Shown here piece after piece: positions 1-13,347 of a stretch of DNA of 64,000 bases (its first letter is position 1; each line of letters opens with the position of its first letter). The translations under genes and the position numbers were made by a program. The notes below the pieces were generated by a model, which saw only the letters and a program-made list of their open reading frames with translations, was not told where the DNA came from and did not search any database. This DNA is from the human T2T-CHM13v2.0 reference genome, Homo sapiens, in assembly GCF_009914755.1 (NCBI RefSeq), contig NC_060942.1. One strand, given 5' to 3'.

Positions 1-360
1 GTATGACCAGCAATGTATGACAATACCAGACTCTCCACAGCCTCATCAACAGTGTTCATGAAACATTTGGATTTTTGCCAATCTGACAGGTCAGAATTGA
101 TACTTGCAAGTAATTCAAATCTGCATCTCTCTTACTGTAAGTGGAGTTGGTCATCTTTCATACAGGACCATTAACCTCTTTTTAAAATAAATTTTTAATT
201 GAGATGATTGTGGATTCACATGCAGTTGTAAGAAATAATAGAGAGAGATCCTGGACACCCTTTACCTAGTCCCCCTCCTCATGGCAACATCTTGCCAAAT
301 TATAGTAAGATGTCACAACCACACTATCGACATTGATACAGTCAAGATACAGAATAGATC
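1..360 (-). mobile_element. Old L1M fragments (L1ME-like ORF2 end; L1MC-like 3' end from about 180)
   Basis: Similarity to recalled L1M 3' consensus (ggattcacatgcagttgtaagaaataata...gacattgatacagtcaagatacagaa). Confidence 0.65.
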
Positions 361-749
361 CTGACCTTTCTTTTTATGACATTTTTATGTGAGTTGAATA
401 AGATGGGGAAATTCCATCTACTCTTCCCAGTAATGACAAAAAAAAAAAAAAAAAAAACCTACACCCTGTACAAAACGCATAAGTAACCTACCAGAAGACT
501 CTGAAAGGTGCAGTGAAGAAGCACACTGACTAGGAACATATGAACTGGAGGAACCCAGCTGTGAGCAACTTGAGTTTCTTCCGGCCTCCTTCACATCCCA
601 GCCTGGGTGCCAGAGACATCTATCACTTAATAGAACAGCCACACCCCAGAAATGCCAATAAGGCAGATTTTTAAAAATCCCCCAAGAAAAACATGCTGTA
701 AGTATAAGGACTTAAAACATGTTCTAAGAACTTAAAAAAGAGCAGCCCC

Positions 750-1203
750 TTTTTAAAATATATACATATTTTAAGTTATAGAATACATGTGCAGAACGTG
801 CAGGTTTGTTACATAGGTATAACTGTGCCATGGTGGTTTGCTGCACCTATCAACCTGTCATCTAGGTTTTAAGCCCTGCATGCATTAGGTATTTGTTCTA
901 ATGCTCTCCCTTCCTCTCATCCCCCAACCCCACCCCCCAACAGGCCCAAGTGTGTGTTGTTCCCCTCCCTGTGTCCATGTGTTCTCATTGTTCAACTTCC
1001 ACTGCAGTGTTTAGTTTTCTGTTCCTCTGTTAGTTTGCTGAGAATGGTTTCCAGCTTCATCCTTGTCCCTGCAAAGGACATGAACTCACTCTGTTTTATG
1101 GCTGCGTAGTATTCCATGGTATATATGTGCCACATATTCTTTATCCAATCTATCACTGATGGGCACCTGGGTTGCTTCCAAGTCTTTGCTATTGTGAATA
1201 GTG
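750..1203 (-). mobile_element. 5'-truncated L1PA (about L1PA8-10) 3' end
   Basis: atacatgtgcagaacgtgcaggtttgttacataggt...ctaggttttaagccc; TSD aagagca(g/t)ccc(c)tttt at 738 and 1204. Confidence 0.9.
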
Positions 1204-2051
1204 AAGAGCATCCCTTTTATCCATACCTGTCTGCTCTCCAGAGGGGCACCAGCAAAGAAGCTATGCCCCTCGTCTGCCCCAACCAGCACTGCTGTGGACA
1301 ATCTGTTTCCCATCCTCACTCACACCCTCTCTGCGGTAACCAGACGAGGCCCCTCCCTTACACAGCCTAAGGTAGAACTCTGGAAGCTTTCCTTCTTTTA
1401 TGGGACTTGTCCAAGACTTTTGCCCAATTTTCCATCAGGTTTACAAGTAGGCTGTAAAATTTTAGAGGAAAAGGGGGTTGGCCCTTTTGAGAAGCCCATG
1501 GCAAGCAGCTCCCTTTCTTGGTTATGGGCTGCTTGGAAAAAATTGTATCTAATTTACCCCCATTCCCCCAGCACTAAGCACAATGCTGAGACATGGTGTG
1601 TTAATAAATGACAAAAAATTATTGGTGTTAGAGAGAATAAAGACAAGGCTACCCGAGTTGCTAAACAGGCTAAAAGACTGCATAATTACCCTATGCAAAA
1701 TGACATTCATACCAAGGGCAAGGGAAAAAGAGTATAATAAAAGGGGAATCTAGTTACCATAGTGACCCTGTTCTGCTGAAACAAAAACACTCAACAGGAT
1801 TTAACGAAGAATTAATAACCATCATGATTGTTCCTGATTCTGACAAAGACGGTGGTGGAAGAGAAGGGAGAAGGAAAAGCAGGCAACAGAGGGGTGGAAA
1901 GCGGGGGAGAACTGTGTCAAGAACATCTAATAATCCTTGGAAATTAACTAGATACATTGCTAAAACTACCTCAGATGAAAATTACGCTCCAGAGATAAAT
2001 TAACACTTTCTCTTTCATAAGCCAAATTAGGTGTTTTCACAGTCTGCTCTG

Positions 2052-2262
2052 ATGTGCTTTCCATGTCATCTAAAATCACACAACCCTGTGAGGAAAGGGA
2101 CCCTGATTCCTATTTGCTACATTTCTTCTTATGACTATTACTGACAAATTTCAATTGTACACTTTTGCCAGTTTTACTAATTGTTCACATACATGATCAC
2201 ACATAGGGTAATCACTGACTTCATTTTCTAGTTGAATTAAAGAATGCAGTATCATTCTTTAA
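2052..2262 (+). repeat. Local dispersed duplication, copy 1 (partner 4576-5115)
   Basis: Direct manual alignment: about 8 substitutions and one 6-nt indel over about 205 bp. Confidence 0.95.
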
Positions 2263-2538
2263 TCTTTCATCAAAATATTAGGGTCATATAACACTGTATA
2301 TTTTGTGGGAAGGGCGACTTCACTTTTCACGGTTTTTTAAAAAAACAATAAAAATGATCTTGGCAATGAATTGCTATTTTTTCTCTTACATACTAACCTG
2401 TATTAACTGACTTAGAAGATACCTTTTAATTTAAAAAAAATATTGAGTATAAAAGAGCCGGGCTCTCTATTCAGATACATTCATAGGTGTGTCACACATT
2501 TTGACAATGGACCTTAATAGTCCTAATGAAGGCACTGA

Positions 2539-2845
<307 letters not shown>

Positions 2846-3147
2846 TAATTTAGAATGCCGTTTAGTTCTTCCCTAATTAGATGGCAAAGTGTTCCCCTGA
2901 CAGACTCACTCATTCATTGAGCACTATGCCAGATGCTAGAAGTACAAAAAAAAATAAGACACTGCTACTCTCAGATAGTTAGCAGTCTTTGGGAGGAAAG
3001 AAAATTTGTTAATCAAACACATGCAACAGTATAAGCCATGCTTTTAATAGAGTTTAGGTACTGTAGGCAGAGGTGAAAGGAGTGAGGGGCAAACTGGTTG
3101 GCCAGAGAAGGCTTCCAGAGGAGCTTATTGAGTCAAAGAGGTATGTA

Positions 3148-3428
3148 GGCCAAGGTCGGTGGCTTACACATGTAATCCTAGCACTTTGGGAGGCCGAGGC
3201 AGGCAATCACTTGAGCTGAGGAGTTTGAGACCAGCCTGGGCAACATAGTGAAACTCTTTCTCTACAAAAAAAAAAAAAAAAAAAATTAACTGGGTGCGGT
3301 GGCATGTGCCTGTAATCCCAGCTACTTAGGAGGCTGAAGCAGGAGAATCGCTTGAACCCAGGAGGAGGAGGTTGCAGTGAGCCAAGATGGTAGCACTGCA
3401 CTCCAGCCTGGGCAAGAGAGCCAGATCC
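3148..3428 (+). mobile_element. Alu (AluJ/S-like), tail missing
   Basis: Dimeric Alu with expanded middle A tract. Confidence 0.9.
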
Positions 3429-3750
3429 ACCAGATTCTCTGGTGGATAAGATAGGAAAGATTGTGTACAAAGGCAACGGTTAAGAGGCCAATCGGAGCAG
3501 CTCATAGGTAGCTAAGGAATGGAAAGAATGGAACAGGAGTGAGAGATGAGATATCCGTCTTGGAGAGGCAAGGAGAATTCAGATCATGAAGAGCCTGGTA
3601 TGAGAAGCAGAAACACTTGGACCTTATCTGTAGGCGGTGGGAAGCCCCAGGAAGATTTTCAGCAAGGTGGCATTTCAAAAGAGACAATTTCTGTGGCAAC
3701 ATGGAAAATGGAGTCAAAGAAGAAGATATATCCTTGCAGTGAGAAAAGAT

Positions 3751-3833
3751 GGAGTGAGGTAGGTGGATCACTTGAGTCCAGGAGATTGAGTCCAGCTTGG
3801 GCAATATGGTGAGACCCTATCTCAAAAAAAAAA
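3751..3833 (+). mobile_element. FLAM/Alu monomer fragment within an L2-like region
   Basis: ggatcacttgagtccaggag...gagaccctatctc followed by an A tail. Confidence 0.75.
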
Positions 3834-4204
3834 AGGTGGGGGGAAGGTTTGGGCAGTTGTTGAAGAAACAAAAGACCCTGGCAGATTGAAGACAGAATTA
3901 AAAGGTAATGTTGACTGTGGGGAGGAGAAAAAGGGAGGATGACTCAGATTCATGCCTTGACTTGCTAAGGGGATGGGAATACAGGAAAAGACTAGGTTTT
4001 GAAGAGGGATTTGATACATTTACCTAAGGACCTGGTGAATTAAAGTTTCTGTGAACAAACAGGTGGGGATGACCAATAAATTGATAATGAGTCAGATGCT
4101 AATAATAATTCCAAGCTGGAGATAAGGGCTTGGGAATTTCCTGTATATATCTAGTGGGTCCATGGATTTAAAGCTCTAGAAGTGTAAGAGATTACCTGCT
4201 GCAT

Positions 4205-4360
4205 TTGACTGATTAAAATTTAACAATATCAAAAATTGAGTTCCTTGCACTTACTACTGACATCTCAAATGCTTGAGAGCCACATGTGGCTAGTGACTAC
4301 TACATCGGACAGCATGGACGTAAAACATCTTCATCATCACAAAACGTTCTGTTGGACACT
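4205..4360 (-). mobile_element. MER3-like hAT-Charlie DNA transposon fragment
   Basis: gagccacatgtggctagtgactac...catcatcacaaaacgttctgttggaca. Confidence 0.75.
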
Positions 4361-4575
4361 ATTAAAAGTGAGTATTGATAGAAAGGGCGAGTGGAAGGCA
4401 GAGGAAGGACCTTCCAAGGAAACTGCAGATATGTGTGAAAAGCCAAACCCAAAAGCCAAGGTTGGAGAGAGAGAGAGCAGGGACTCCGGCACATCGGGGA
4501 TATTTGACTTCCTCCGGTATGATACTGGGAGAAGCTGAGTTACTAAATGCCGTCCATGAACTACATATTGTAATG

Positions 4576-5115
<540 letters not shown>

Positions 5116-6024
5116 ATATAAGCCAAGAATGTGCATGAAAGAAAAGCTTGTTAATCTAAAGCTGAAAAACTGACTTAATATGAGCCAAGTTTTTGTTCCC
5201 TGTGTCAGGTACTGACACAGTGGCACTCAGTGCTCTACTACAGTTGGCTTATTTTTAATCATTTCAATTATCCTCGGGTAGAACATCATCCTTGACTGAG
5301 AGAACAGGAAACTGAGGACAACAGACGTTTGAAAATGTGTTAATGTTTCACAGATAATGGCAGAGGACCCCTGGATTCAAACTCAGATCAGTCTAAGTTA
5401 TAAGTAAAAATTCTACACTATTTGCTTATAACCCCCACCTTCCACAGAGCCCACCTTATACAAAATCCTTAAGCAAATTTTTAAGGTCTATTGCAGAAGA
5501 ACAATTATCTCAACATCTCCTTCTGAAGTACATGTTTACAGCTGAGAAATACGTGCTGGAGAAAAGCTGCTCCTGCAAAGATGCTCAATTAGTTAAACAG
5601 ACAATCAACGTTTGCAAAGGACAGAAATGAGCCCCTCATTTGATAGCATGTGATTCTTCAGGTATTTCTGCTACATCAGTTTTACACAGAGAGGATGTAA
5701 ACTCCTTGAGGGTAGGTAATGTCTGATACCTCTCAAGATCCTCCAGAGCACATACTTAAACTGATAAAATTGGGAAGACTGTATTAGCAAGGGCATGCAA
5801 CCAAAATCTGTTAGCGGAATGTGTTGAGAAAGATGCAAGTTTTATTTTTCACACCGTTTTTTTTTCCTTTTCATTGCATAGTTGAGCGGCAAATCACTTT
5901 TCTGAAGTCGCTTAAATCAAGAGCAATACAGTACATGCTCCTTAAGAACAGACTTCTCTAAATAAAATTTTGGTCCAGAACATACCCAACCACCTTAAAT
6001 CTTTGTCTAAAGATAGCACAAAAA

Positions 6025-6122
6025 GTGTGTGTGTGTACAGTGTGTGTGTGTATATAGAATATCAGGTATATATGATCATATATACACACACATACACACA
6101 CACACACATATATATATGATCA
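6025..6122. repeat. Compound (TG)n/(TA)n/(CA)n microsatellite
   Basis: Visible directly. Confidence 0.9.
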
Positions 6123-6140
6123 TTAAATGGAGTTACTATG

Positions 6141-6159
6141 TTTTCACCAGAGGGCACAT
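6141..6159 (+). promoter_or_regulatory. Candidate CTCF motif
   Basis: TTTTCACCAGAGGGCACAT matches the CTCF core CCASYAGRKGGCRS at 13 of 14 positions. Confidence 0.45.
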
Positions 6160-6452
6160 TAGTACCATAGTGGGGCAGACTAAGCTGACTAAATTTCACG
6201 GCTTTAAATGATTATGATTTTAATGATTGGTTTTAGTTATGACATGCAGTGACAATATCCCTATAGATCATATTATACATAGAGTAATTACAACTCATTT
6301 CACAACTAGTAAGTTGATAAAACTCATGATCTTACAATCTAGTCTCAAATACAAATCTAGTCCCTAGGTATTTTTGAAATTTGGCTCTTTGCCTTAAAAA
6401 TCATCGATACCTGAAAAACAAGTAGTAAATTGAGCATAACACACCAGCTTAG

Positions 6453-6458
6453 TTTATT
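6453..6458 (-). terminator. Second candidate polyadenylation signal AATAAA
   Basis: tttatt on the plus strand followed on the minus strand by GGTGTGTT and TTGTTTTT. Confidence 0.35.
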
Positions 6459-6858
6459 GAAGTTGTGCAGGAAAAAGAAAATTTATGCTAAAATGAATTC
6501 TTAAATATTTATCTTGATATAATAGATTACTAATTGTTGTACTAATGAAAAATACTTAAATACTACTTTTTGAGATAAAAGGAATAAGGTGATCTCCACC
6601 TGTATTTAAGCTGTGGTTACCTTATGCTTATATTGCAACCCTATTGTCAACCAAGATATTCATCAATAATTCATTTAAAATTTAGGATAACAAACAAACA
6701 AAAATCCCAGGTAACCCAAAAAAGTTCCTGAGAGGAAAATAATTACATCTTCACACAAAGTCTTTAGAACATTATATTTCATAAAAGACAATGATAAAAA
6801 AGTACAAACATTTCCATGAGAAGCAAAAAAAGAAGTGGGATACAAGAAATTACTAGCA

Positions 6859-6864
6859 TTTATT
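6859..6864 (-). terminator. Candidate polyadenylation signal AATAAA
   Basis: tttatt on the plus strand; upstream UGUA near 6917-6920, CA about 20 nt downstream followed by U-rich and GU-rich sequence. Confidence 0.5.
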
Positions 6865-8709
6865 TCAGTGCATTTATGTAGAAGCCTTTCATCTAAATAA
6901 ATAAAATAATCTTAAGTACACTTCCTCTTTCTGATAAACAATACTATAACCATTTTAGTTCTCTCAACCGGCATACTTGCAAATACAAGACAATAAATCT
7001 ACAACAGTATGTATTTGAAAAACACATAAAGAAATATATCAAAGACAAGCAAAGGCCAAATAAAATGACAAAATCTGCTTTCACTTGTAGGAAGCCTCCA
7101 GAAAGAGAATATTGTATTGGACATTTTTCCATTTTGTTTTAAAATATCAGTATCTTGGCTGGCAAAAGGGTATATAAGGAAATTTTTAATACATAACTGT
7201 ATCTACTTAATATTATAAAGTTTTCTTACTGAATAACTTTTCACAAAAACAAAAACTTAAATGTAGATTTAAAAAATACTCATAAAACCCTAGTTTTAGC
7301 AAAGAATTAACTATCTCCACTGTGAATTATATATAGTTCCAGCAAATGTGTACTCTTCTCCTTTTCTTCTCTACAGACAGGCCCATTAGTCATTACTTCT
7401 TTCTGTAGTTGAAAAGCACCATGTAATTTTCCCAGTTAGTGCCATAGGGACCTCCTATTAGCCCTAGGTCCACATATACGGGTTTCTTGACTTTGAGACT
7501 AGGAAATACAACAGATAAGTTATCAGAAGATGTCTTCATAATTTCAGAAAGATCTCAATTTGCTTGACTTCATTTGTTTAGAAATGAAGTAATAATACTC
7601 CTTCCATAGACATACCTAGCATTGCACTGGATATGGAATAGGCAATCAATACATGCTCATTAATAAATCCTCCAAACATCCTATAATTTGCATTTGCAAT
7701 GTATTTGTTAATCTTTATGTAATAATTAATACAATGAAGATAAACGGGCACAGCTCTGTCACTCTCACAGAAACATATTAAGTTCACTGTTTATAGGCAA
7801 AAATAATTTTAGGTCTACACTAAAAAAGCAAAACAAACAAACAAAAAGCAAACGAGGTGGTTTTCACAGGATGACAAACTATATTTCAAAACTGAAAAAA
7901 AGCAAAATGTTTATATCTCACTCCTGAAACAAAAATTAACATCAGACTTAAGAAAATAAGGCAGATACTAGTAGTACTAAGTTTTCTTGAAACTGTAAAA
8001 TATATATAAAAATGAAAAGATACCGAATGTGGACAGCTCCACATTGATCAACAAATGTTAACATTCTCAATCTCTTTCATTGACTTTAAAAACTATGTAA
8101 TAGAAACAGAAAATGAACTAATACACAAATGAAGTACAAATATCATAATTTTCAGAAGGTTTGATTTTTCGAGTACCATAAAAAAACTGAAATATAAATA
8201 TTTTGGAAATAGTTCTAAGAAATAAATATGAAAATATTTTGTTTGGTATCATAACACAGAAGCTATCCATTTTCTCAAAGTGTAAGGATTCAATTATTTT
8301 ATGATTTAGTTTGTGGTCATTTGTGTTATCAATATTGCCATAAAAATGACACTTCAAAATAAAACTTACAATCTGAGATAAATAACCATAGTTCTGTTTT
8401 AGGTAAACAATCCTTGAGGCAAATATTATCCAAACGTTTCTCATATATAGATTTCTATTGCTCATCATTGTTGTTGAACATTCACTTTATAGATATTTAA
8501 TTTTTTGTTTAAAATTTGTGAAAATATCAAGATATTTTAAACAATCTTTATAATTGCTAATTTTCAAAAAAGAATACTGTTCGGCTTTACTGTGGAAAAA
8601 TTCATCCAAAATTAAGATATGTACTTGATATCAGGTAGTAAGACCTTTTTTCAGAGAACAGTCATATGAAGATAACTGGACAAAGCCCTGACACTCATGC
8701 AAACATGTA

Positions 8710-8882
8710 AGATATTACATATAGAAGACATTATGGCATCAGTGCACCAAATAACTCATCACGTATTTTAAGACAATGCTATTAAATTATGCTTTTAGAT
8801 ACTACATATAGAAGACATTATAATATCAGCGCACTGAATACTGATCATGTATTTTAAGATAATTCTATTAAATTATACTTTT
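8710..8882. repeat. Two-copy 86-87 bp tandem duplication in the 3' UTR
   Basis: agata(t/c)tacatatagaagacattat...ctattaaattat(g/a)ctttt repeated at 8710 and 8797. Confidence 0.93.
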
Positions 8883-10128
8883 AGAAAGAAAATTTTAGTA
8901 ATTAACACCAGAGATATAATCTCTTAAAAGTGAAAAAAACAAAATATAGTTTGAATGAAACTAACATTCAAGGGTCCCCTCCAAAAGTGAAATTCTATGT
9001 CTGAAAACTAAACTTAAAATTTGTTTTTATCTACTAAGTATTTATCTTTATAAAAATAGAATATTTAATTCTTATCTAATAGTATAATTCATTTGTATAT
9101 TATAAGTACTATTGGGTTTTCTTCCATAGATCATTCTTTTAAAAAAACTGACTTGATTTCTTTTTAAATGAAGATACTTTTTTTTGGCTCTTCTGAACTG
9201 GAAATAATAAAAGTGCTGTTCACCGTGAATTTAAAAAAAATACACAGTATAAACACACAACCTTGGAAACATTTTTTGAGGCACAAAATCCCTGACACAC
9301 CAGAGGTACATGGAAAGACATTTAACATAAAGAGATCCTTTATATCATGTCACATCACAACTTTTAAGATTTTTCTTGGTAATACTCATGCAATATGCAT
9401 AAACAATATGGTTGTGATTTCTAGCAAAATCAGATGAGATTGCAAGCAAGGAAAAACATAGGTAATCCCGGTAGGAAGAAAAGCTATTTAAGTCCTTCCT
9501 TCTTTTCCTTTAAAGCCTAAGAAAGCTGTGACTTCTTCCACACAAAAGGCTGAGGTCTAAAGCTCAAAACTAGTATAACAGTTTACTGTATTAGTTGGCT
9601 GTCAATTATTGACAGTTCCTTCATTTCACACAAGGGTTAACCTTTGTTTAGTGATGTAAATTTAGTGAGTTTTTTTCATGCAAATAAAAAATGTCTATAA
9701 AAGTCCAATAAAGGTATAACCGATTACATGCAAAACTGCAACACATCTAATTTTTAAACAATTTGCACACATTAATTTATATCACATATATACAAAATAT
9801 GTTTAAACGGAAATAAAAGCATTCTCTTGAATTAAATTATAGATTTTAGTATAAAAATTTTCTCTTCGGAGGGAGCTCTCTTAACTTCCGATCTTAAGTA
9901 GTGGCTTCCCGTTTCTGCGGTGCTCGCCACAGGGGTGTGTCTCAGAGCAGGGAGGACGGGTGAGAGAAGGGTGACTGTATATAGTCCCACTCTGTAAACA
10001 CTGTGGACTGCTGGCTCTTCTCAGAGAAAAGGGCACTGTGACACAGCCAATCACTGACCTCCACTAAGAGCGCGCTCCAAGTTTATGATCCAGCATTGTG
10101 GTCTACCTTGCCACGACAGCCACTTCTT

Positions 10129-10276
10129 TTAATAGTCTTCGATTGGAGCTAACTCTGGCATGAGGTTTACAGATATGTTTGTATACAACCTATCAACCAG
10201 TATTTTTGGCCTATATATTAAATTGTTCAGTCCATCGATGTACTGACGCTCCTTGGAATACCTTAGTAATTTATAC
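10129..10276 (-). CDS. B4GALT6: B4GALT6 coding part of terminal exon 9 (148 nt including TAA)
   Basis: Translates (R)YKLLRYSKERQYIDGLNNLIYRPKILVDRLYTNISVNLMPELAPIEDY*; acceptor AACTATAG|GT. Exons 2-9 sum to 1034 nt, consistent with a 382-aa protein if the missing exon 1 supplies 115 coding nt. Confidence 0.97.
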
Positions 10277-10797
10277 CTATAGTTTTAGAGGAAAAAACAA
10301 AAAAGCAACAAAACATGTTCAAAAAGGAAAACTGATAAGGACTGTGTTCAAGGTCATCTTATAATTAAAGCACTTAATGCCCTTTACAATTTCTGGTTCT
10401 TGTGCATAATTTAAGAATCTCTAAACCATTATTCTAAATTAGCAATTTTACTACTCAAGAAATGCCACCTGAAAAAATTATTTTGCACTTTTACAATTAG
10501 ACATCTTTAATAAATAAAACATTATGCTTTATGTTACGTAAATACTTTTACATAAATAGTTAACCGGGCTCTTTAACGTAAATATGTGTATTTATTAATG
10601 TATATATACGTATATCTCTTAAAAACAAGCATCAAAAATGCTTCCTTTTGTAAAGATTCCCTTCAGCAAAAAATACTTCCCTTCCATTATGAAAATTCCC
10701 TTCAGCAGCTTTTTTGGGGTTCAATGCATTTTTATTTACCTTTCATTTATTCAACAGCTTTGGAAACCTTGGTATCTGAAGATGACATTCAACTTAC

Positions 10798-10899
10798 CGT
10801 CCTAAAAACTGGACTTCACCTCTATGGTGATGAGGAATTGACTTGTATTTTCCTAAGTCTCCCTCTGGTCTGGTTACATTATATCCAGCATAGTGAACT
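10798..10899 (-). CDS. B4GALT6: B4GALT6 coding exon 8 (102 nt, phase 2/2)
   Basis: Translates (R)VHYAGYNVTRPEGDLGKYKSIPHHHRGEVQFLG(R); acceptor CATTGTAG|AG, donor ACG|GTAAGT. Confidence 0.97.
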
Positions 10900-10995
10900 C
10901 TACAATGCCATATATGGAAATGAAAATATAGAGAAATAAAATATGAAAATGGGTTATGTGAGTTCAATTTTAAAACACAAAAGAATGCTCTAATC

Positions 10996-11318
10996 CAGGG
11001 TTCCCCAACCCCTGGGCCACAAACCAGTATAGGTCCATGGCCTGTTAAAAACTGGGCCGCACAGCAGGAGGTGAGCGATCATTACTGCTTGAGCTCCACC
11101 TCCTGTCGGATCAGCGAATGGCATTAGATTTTCAGAGGAACACAAACCCTATTGTAAACTGCACATGTGAGGGATCTAGGTTGTATGCTCCTTATGAGAA
11201 TCTAATGCCTGATGATCTGAGGTGGAATGGTTTCCTCCCGAAACCATCCTCCTGGGTCCTTGGAAAAATTATCTTCCAGGAGACTGGTCCCTGGTGCCAA
11301 AAAAGTTGGGGACCGCTG
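10996..11318 (+). mobile_element. MER1B hAT-Charlie MITE in intron 7
   Basis: Terminal inverted repeats cagggttccccaac / gttggggaccgctg; 8-bp TSD ctctaat(c/t). Confidence 0.9.
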
Positions 11319-11513
11319 CTCTAATTATATGCTGCCAATAATTTCAGAAAGCAGACTTAATGAAAAAAAAAGAGAAATATAAAACAGGGTTTAGAAACCT
11401 CAAACATATCCCATCCCAAAGAATGTTCTTGGAATGGATAAGTACTACAATTTACCTAATATAAATAAGATTTATAAAAATTCTATTAGTGAACAATTTG
11501 TACCTCAACATAC

Positions 11514-11636
11514 CTGTTCCAAAGGTCATCATCTTCTCCTCCCCATCCCCAGAAGGCATTAGGAAAACCATTGATCTTTCTAAATTGTTCCACTGTCAGC
11601 CCACTTACACCACCAAAAAATTCTTTATATGGAAGA
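11514..11636 (-). CDS. B4GALT6: B4GALT6 coding exon 7 (123 nt, phase 2/2; WGWGGEDDD catalytic motif)
   Basis: Translates (I)LPYKEFFGGVSGLTVEQFRKINGFPNAFWGWGGEDDDLWN(R); acceptor TTTTCTAG|TC, donor CAG|GTATGT. Confidence 0.98.
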
Positions 11637-13347
11637 CTAGAAAAGAAAGACACAGTATTCTAAAAATAAAATCATAATAATTTCCCATGTGAAATGAAGG
11701 TTTCAGCCTTTTATGTGCTTTGCAAAATATGCCCTTATATTCTATATAGACAATTATGTTAGAAAATGTAAAGTACACCAAGACATAAAACATTTTTATA
11801 TTCTAGTGAAACAAGTACATGTACATGTGTTATGTTAAATGTAAAGCACTTATGGAAACCTAAATTTAATATTTAGTATACAAATAAGACTCAAAATAAA
11901 ATCTGTAAGGCTCAAAACCCAGTGCCCCCAAATTGTATATTTTCACAGCAAAAGTAAACATGATTAAATATATTTATAATGGTCAATGCATGTCAGATGT
12001 TCCTAAACTAGTAACACTGAAAAAATTAACTGAATTATAAACGCATTATTTATTATATAGAGCAGGATAAATATCAATTACAAAAGACAATTCTAGCATT
12101 TAATTGTCTAGCTACCTACTTTTATAATGATCTTATCTGTTGGAATTATACTCTCAAAATATTCATGGATATTTACAAATATATTCATTTTCAATGCATT
12201 GATATTTACAGAAATAACTATTTTTGTTTGGATTTTATTTTCCTTACCCTTTCCTAACTCATACTCCAAGGAATGTGTCAAACGATGCAATGTTTTTAAA
12301 CTTTTCTAAACTATATTTTTACTTAGCTAAACTGTGTGTTTAGGTATAGATTGGCTTTCTGACATTTAGGCAGCATCCCTAGACCTGCAATCCTGAATAT
12401 ATTCCCATGGACTGAAACACGCCCCTGGGGAGCAGATGCCAGAGCAGAGAAAACGTGACCATGCACAGCACCCAAAAATCAAGCTGAGGGAAACCTGGCT
12501 GCAACCACAGCAAAGCTGTCTCAGAGGAGGGAACTTTTTGTTAGACACTCGCCTCACATTCTGAGAAGGACGTGCTGTTTGCCAGCTGGGGTCTTGTGTG
12601 GCACACAGACCAGGGAAGACTGGTTCTTTCATGGAAGCCTAGGGTTGTAGGAGAAAGCAGTCTTGCCCTCATCCTAGGTCAAAGGTACTCCAAGATGGTA
12701 ACAGCAACACTGATCCTAAAGACAACCATACTCTCCTGAGACCTCTCAAGGCTCACACTTGGGAGCTTAGTGTTCTGGTATTACAGTAAGACTAGCTGGG
12801 GGTTCCACAGGGCCAATAAGCATTCTTGGCACCGTGTACTTCCCACATCAGATGGATTATTCTTGCCCAGGCTAGTAGTTTAGGAAAAACCTGAGATCGT
12901 CAGATAGGGAAACATGAATAAATGTGTCTGTGTGCTTATTGACATGTATAAATCAGCAAGCCTATCAATTCCATTTATTGCTCTAAGTGGAAATAATCAA
13001 TTGTGCTATATGAATAATGGAAAGTTATTAGGTAAAATGAAGGTATAACAGATAAACTAAAGAAGAGAAAACAAAACCCAACAAGTCAAACTCTTGCAGT
13101 GTTTATCTTACACTGTAAAAGTGGGAGAGACACTACACCTGAGAGTCTGAGTTCTCTGGTCAGCAGTAGTGTGGCCATCACTGTGGGGCAGGGACGCTTC
13201 ACCAGGCTTCATCCCACAGCTGAAGTCTATGCACTGCCCAGACCAGGCCTTGATCTACTGCCATTCTCCTAGAGCTACATTCTAATTTCTCTACAAACGT
13301 CCAAGATGCCTAACCAATCCAGGGACTAGTCTAGATGGATATGAATA

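Larger units (their letters stand above)
6838..10128 (-). other. B4GALT6: B4GALT6 3' UTR (distal end approximate)
   Basis: AT-rich stretch after the stop codon, free of obvious Alu/L1, extending to the first canonical AATAAA on the minus strand. Confidence 0.7.

Noticed and set aside
8710-8882. Repeat-spacer or CRISPR-like array
   Set aside because: Only two contiguous diverged units with no unique spacers, in primate DNA with no cas genes.
10586-10939. 117-aa plus-strand ORF overlapping exon 8
   Set aside because: Antisense shadow of the real exon plus AT-rich intron, with a non-ATG start and no recognisable homology.
12590-12611. Near-palindrome ggtcttgtgtggcacacagacc as a miRNA-like hairpin
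   Set aside because: The stem is far too short for a pre-miRNA.
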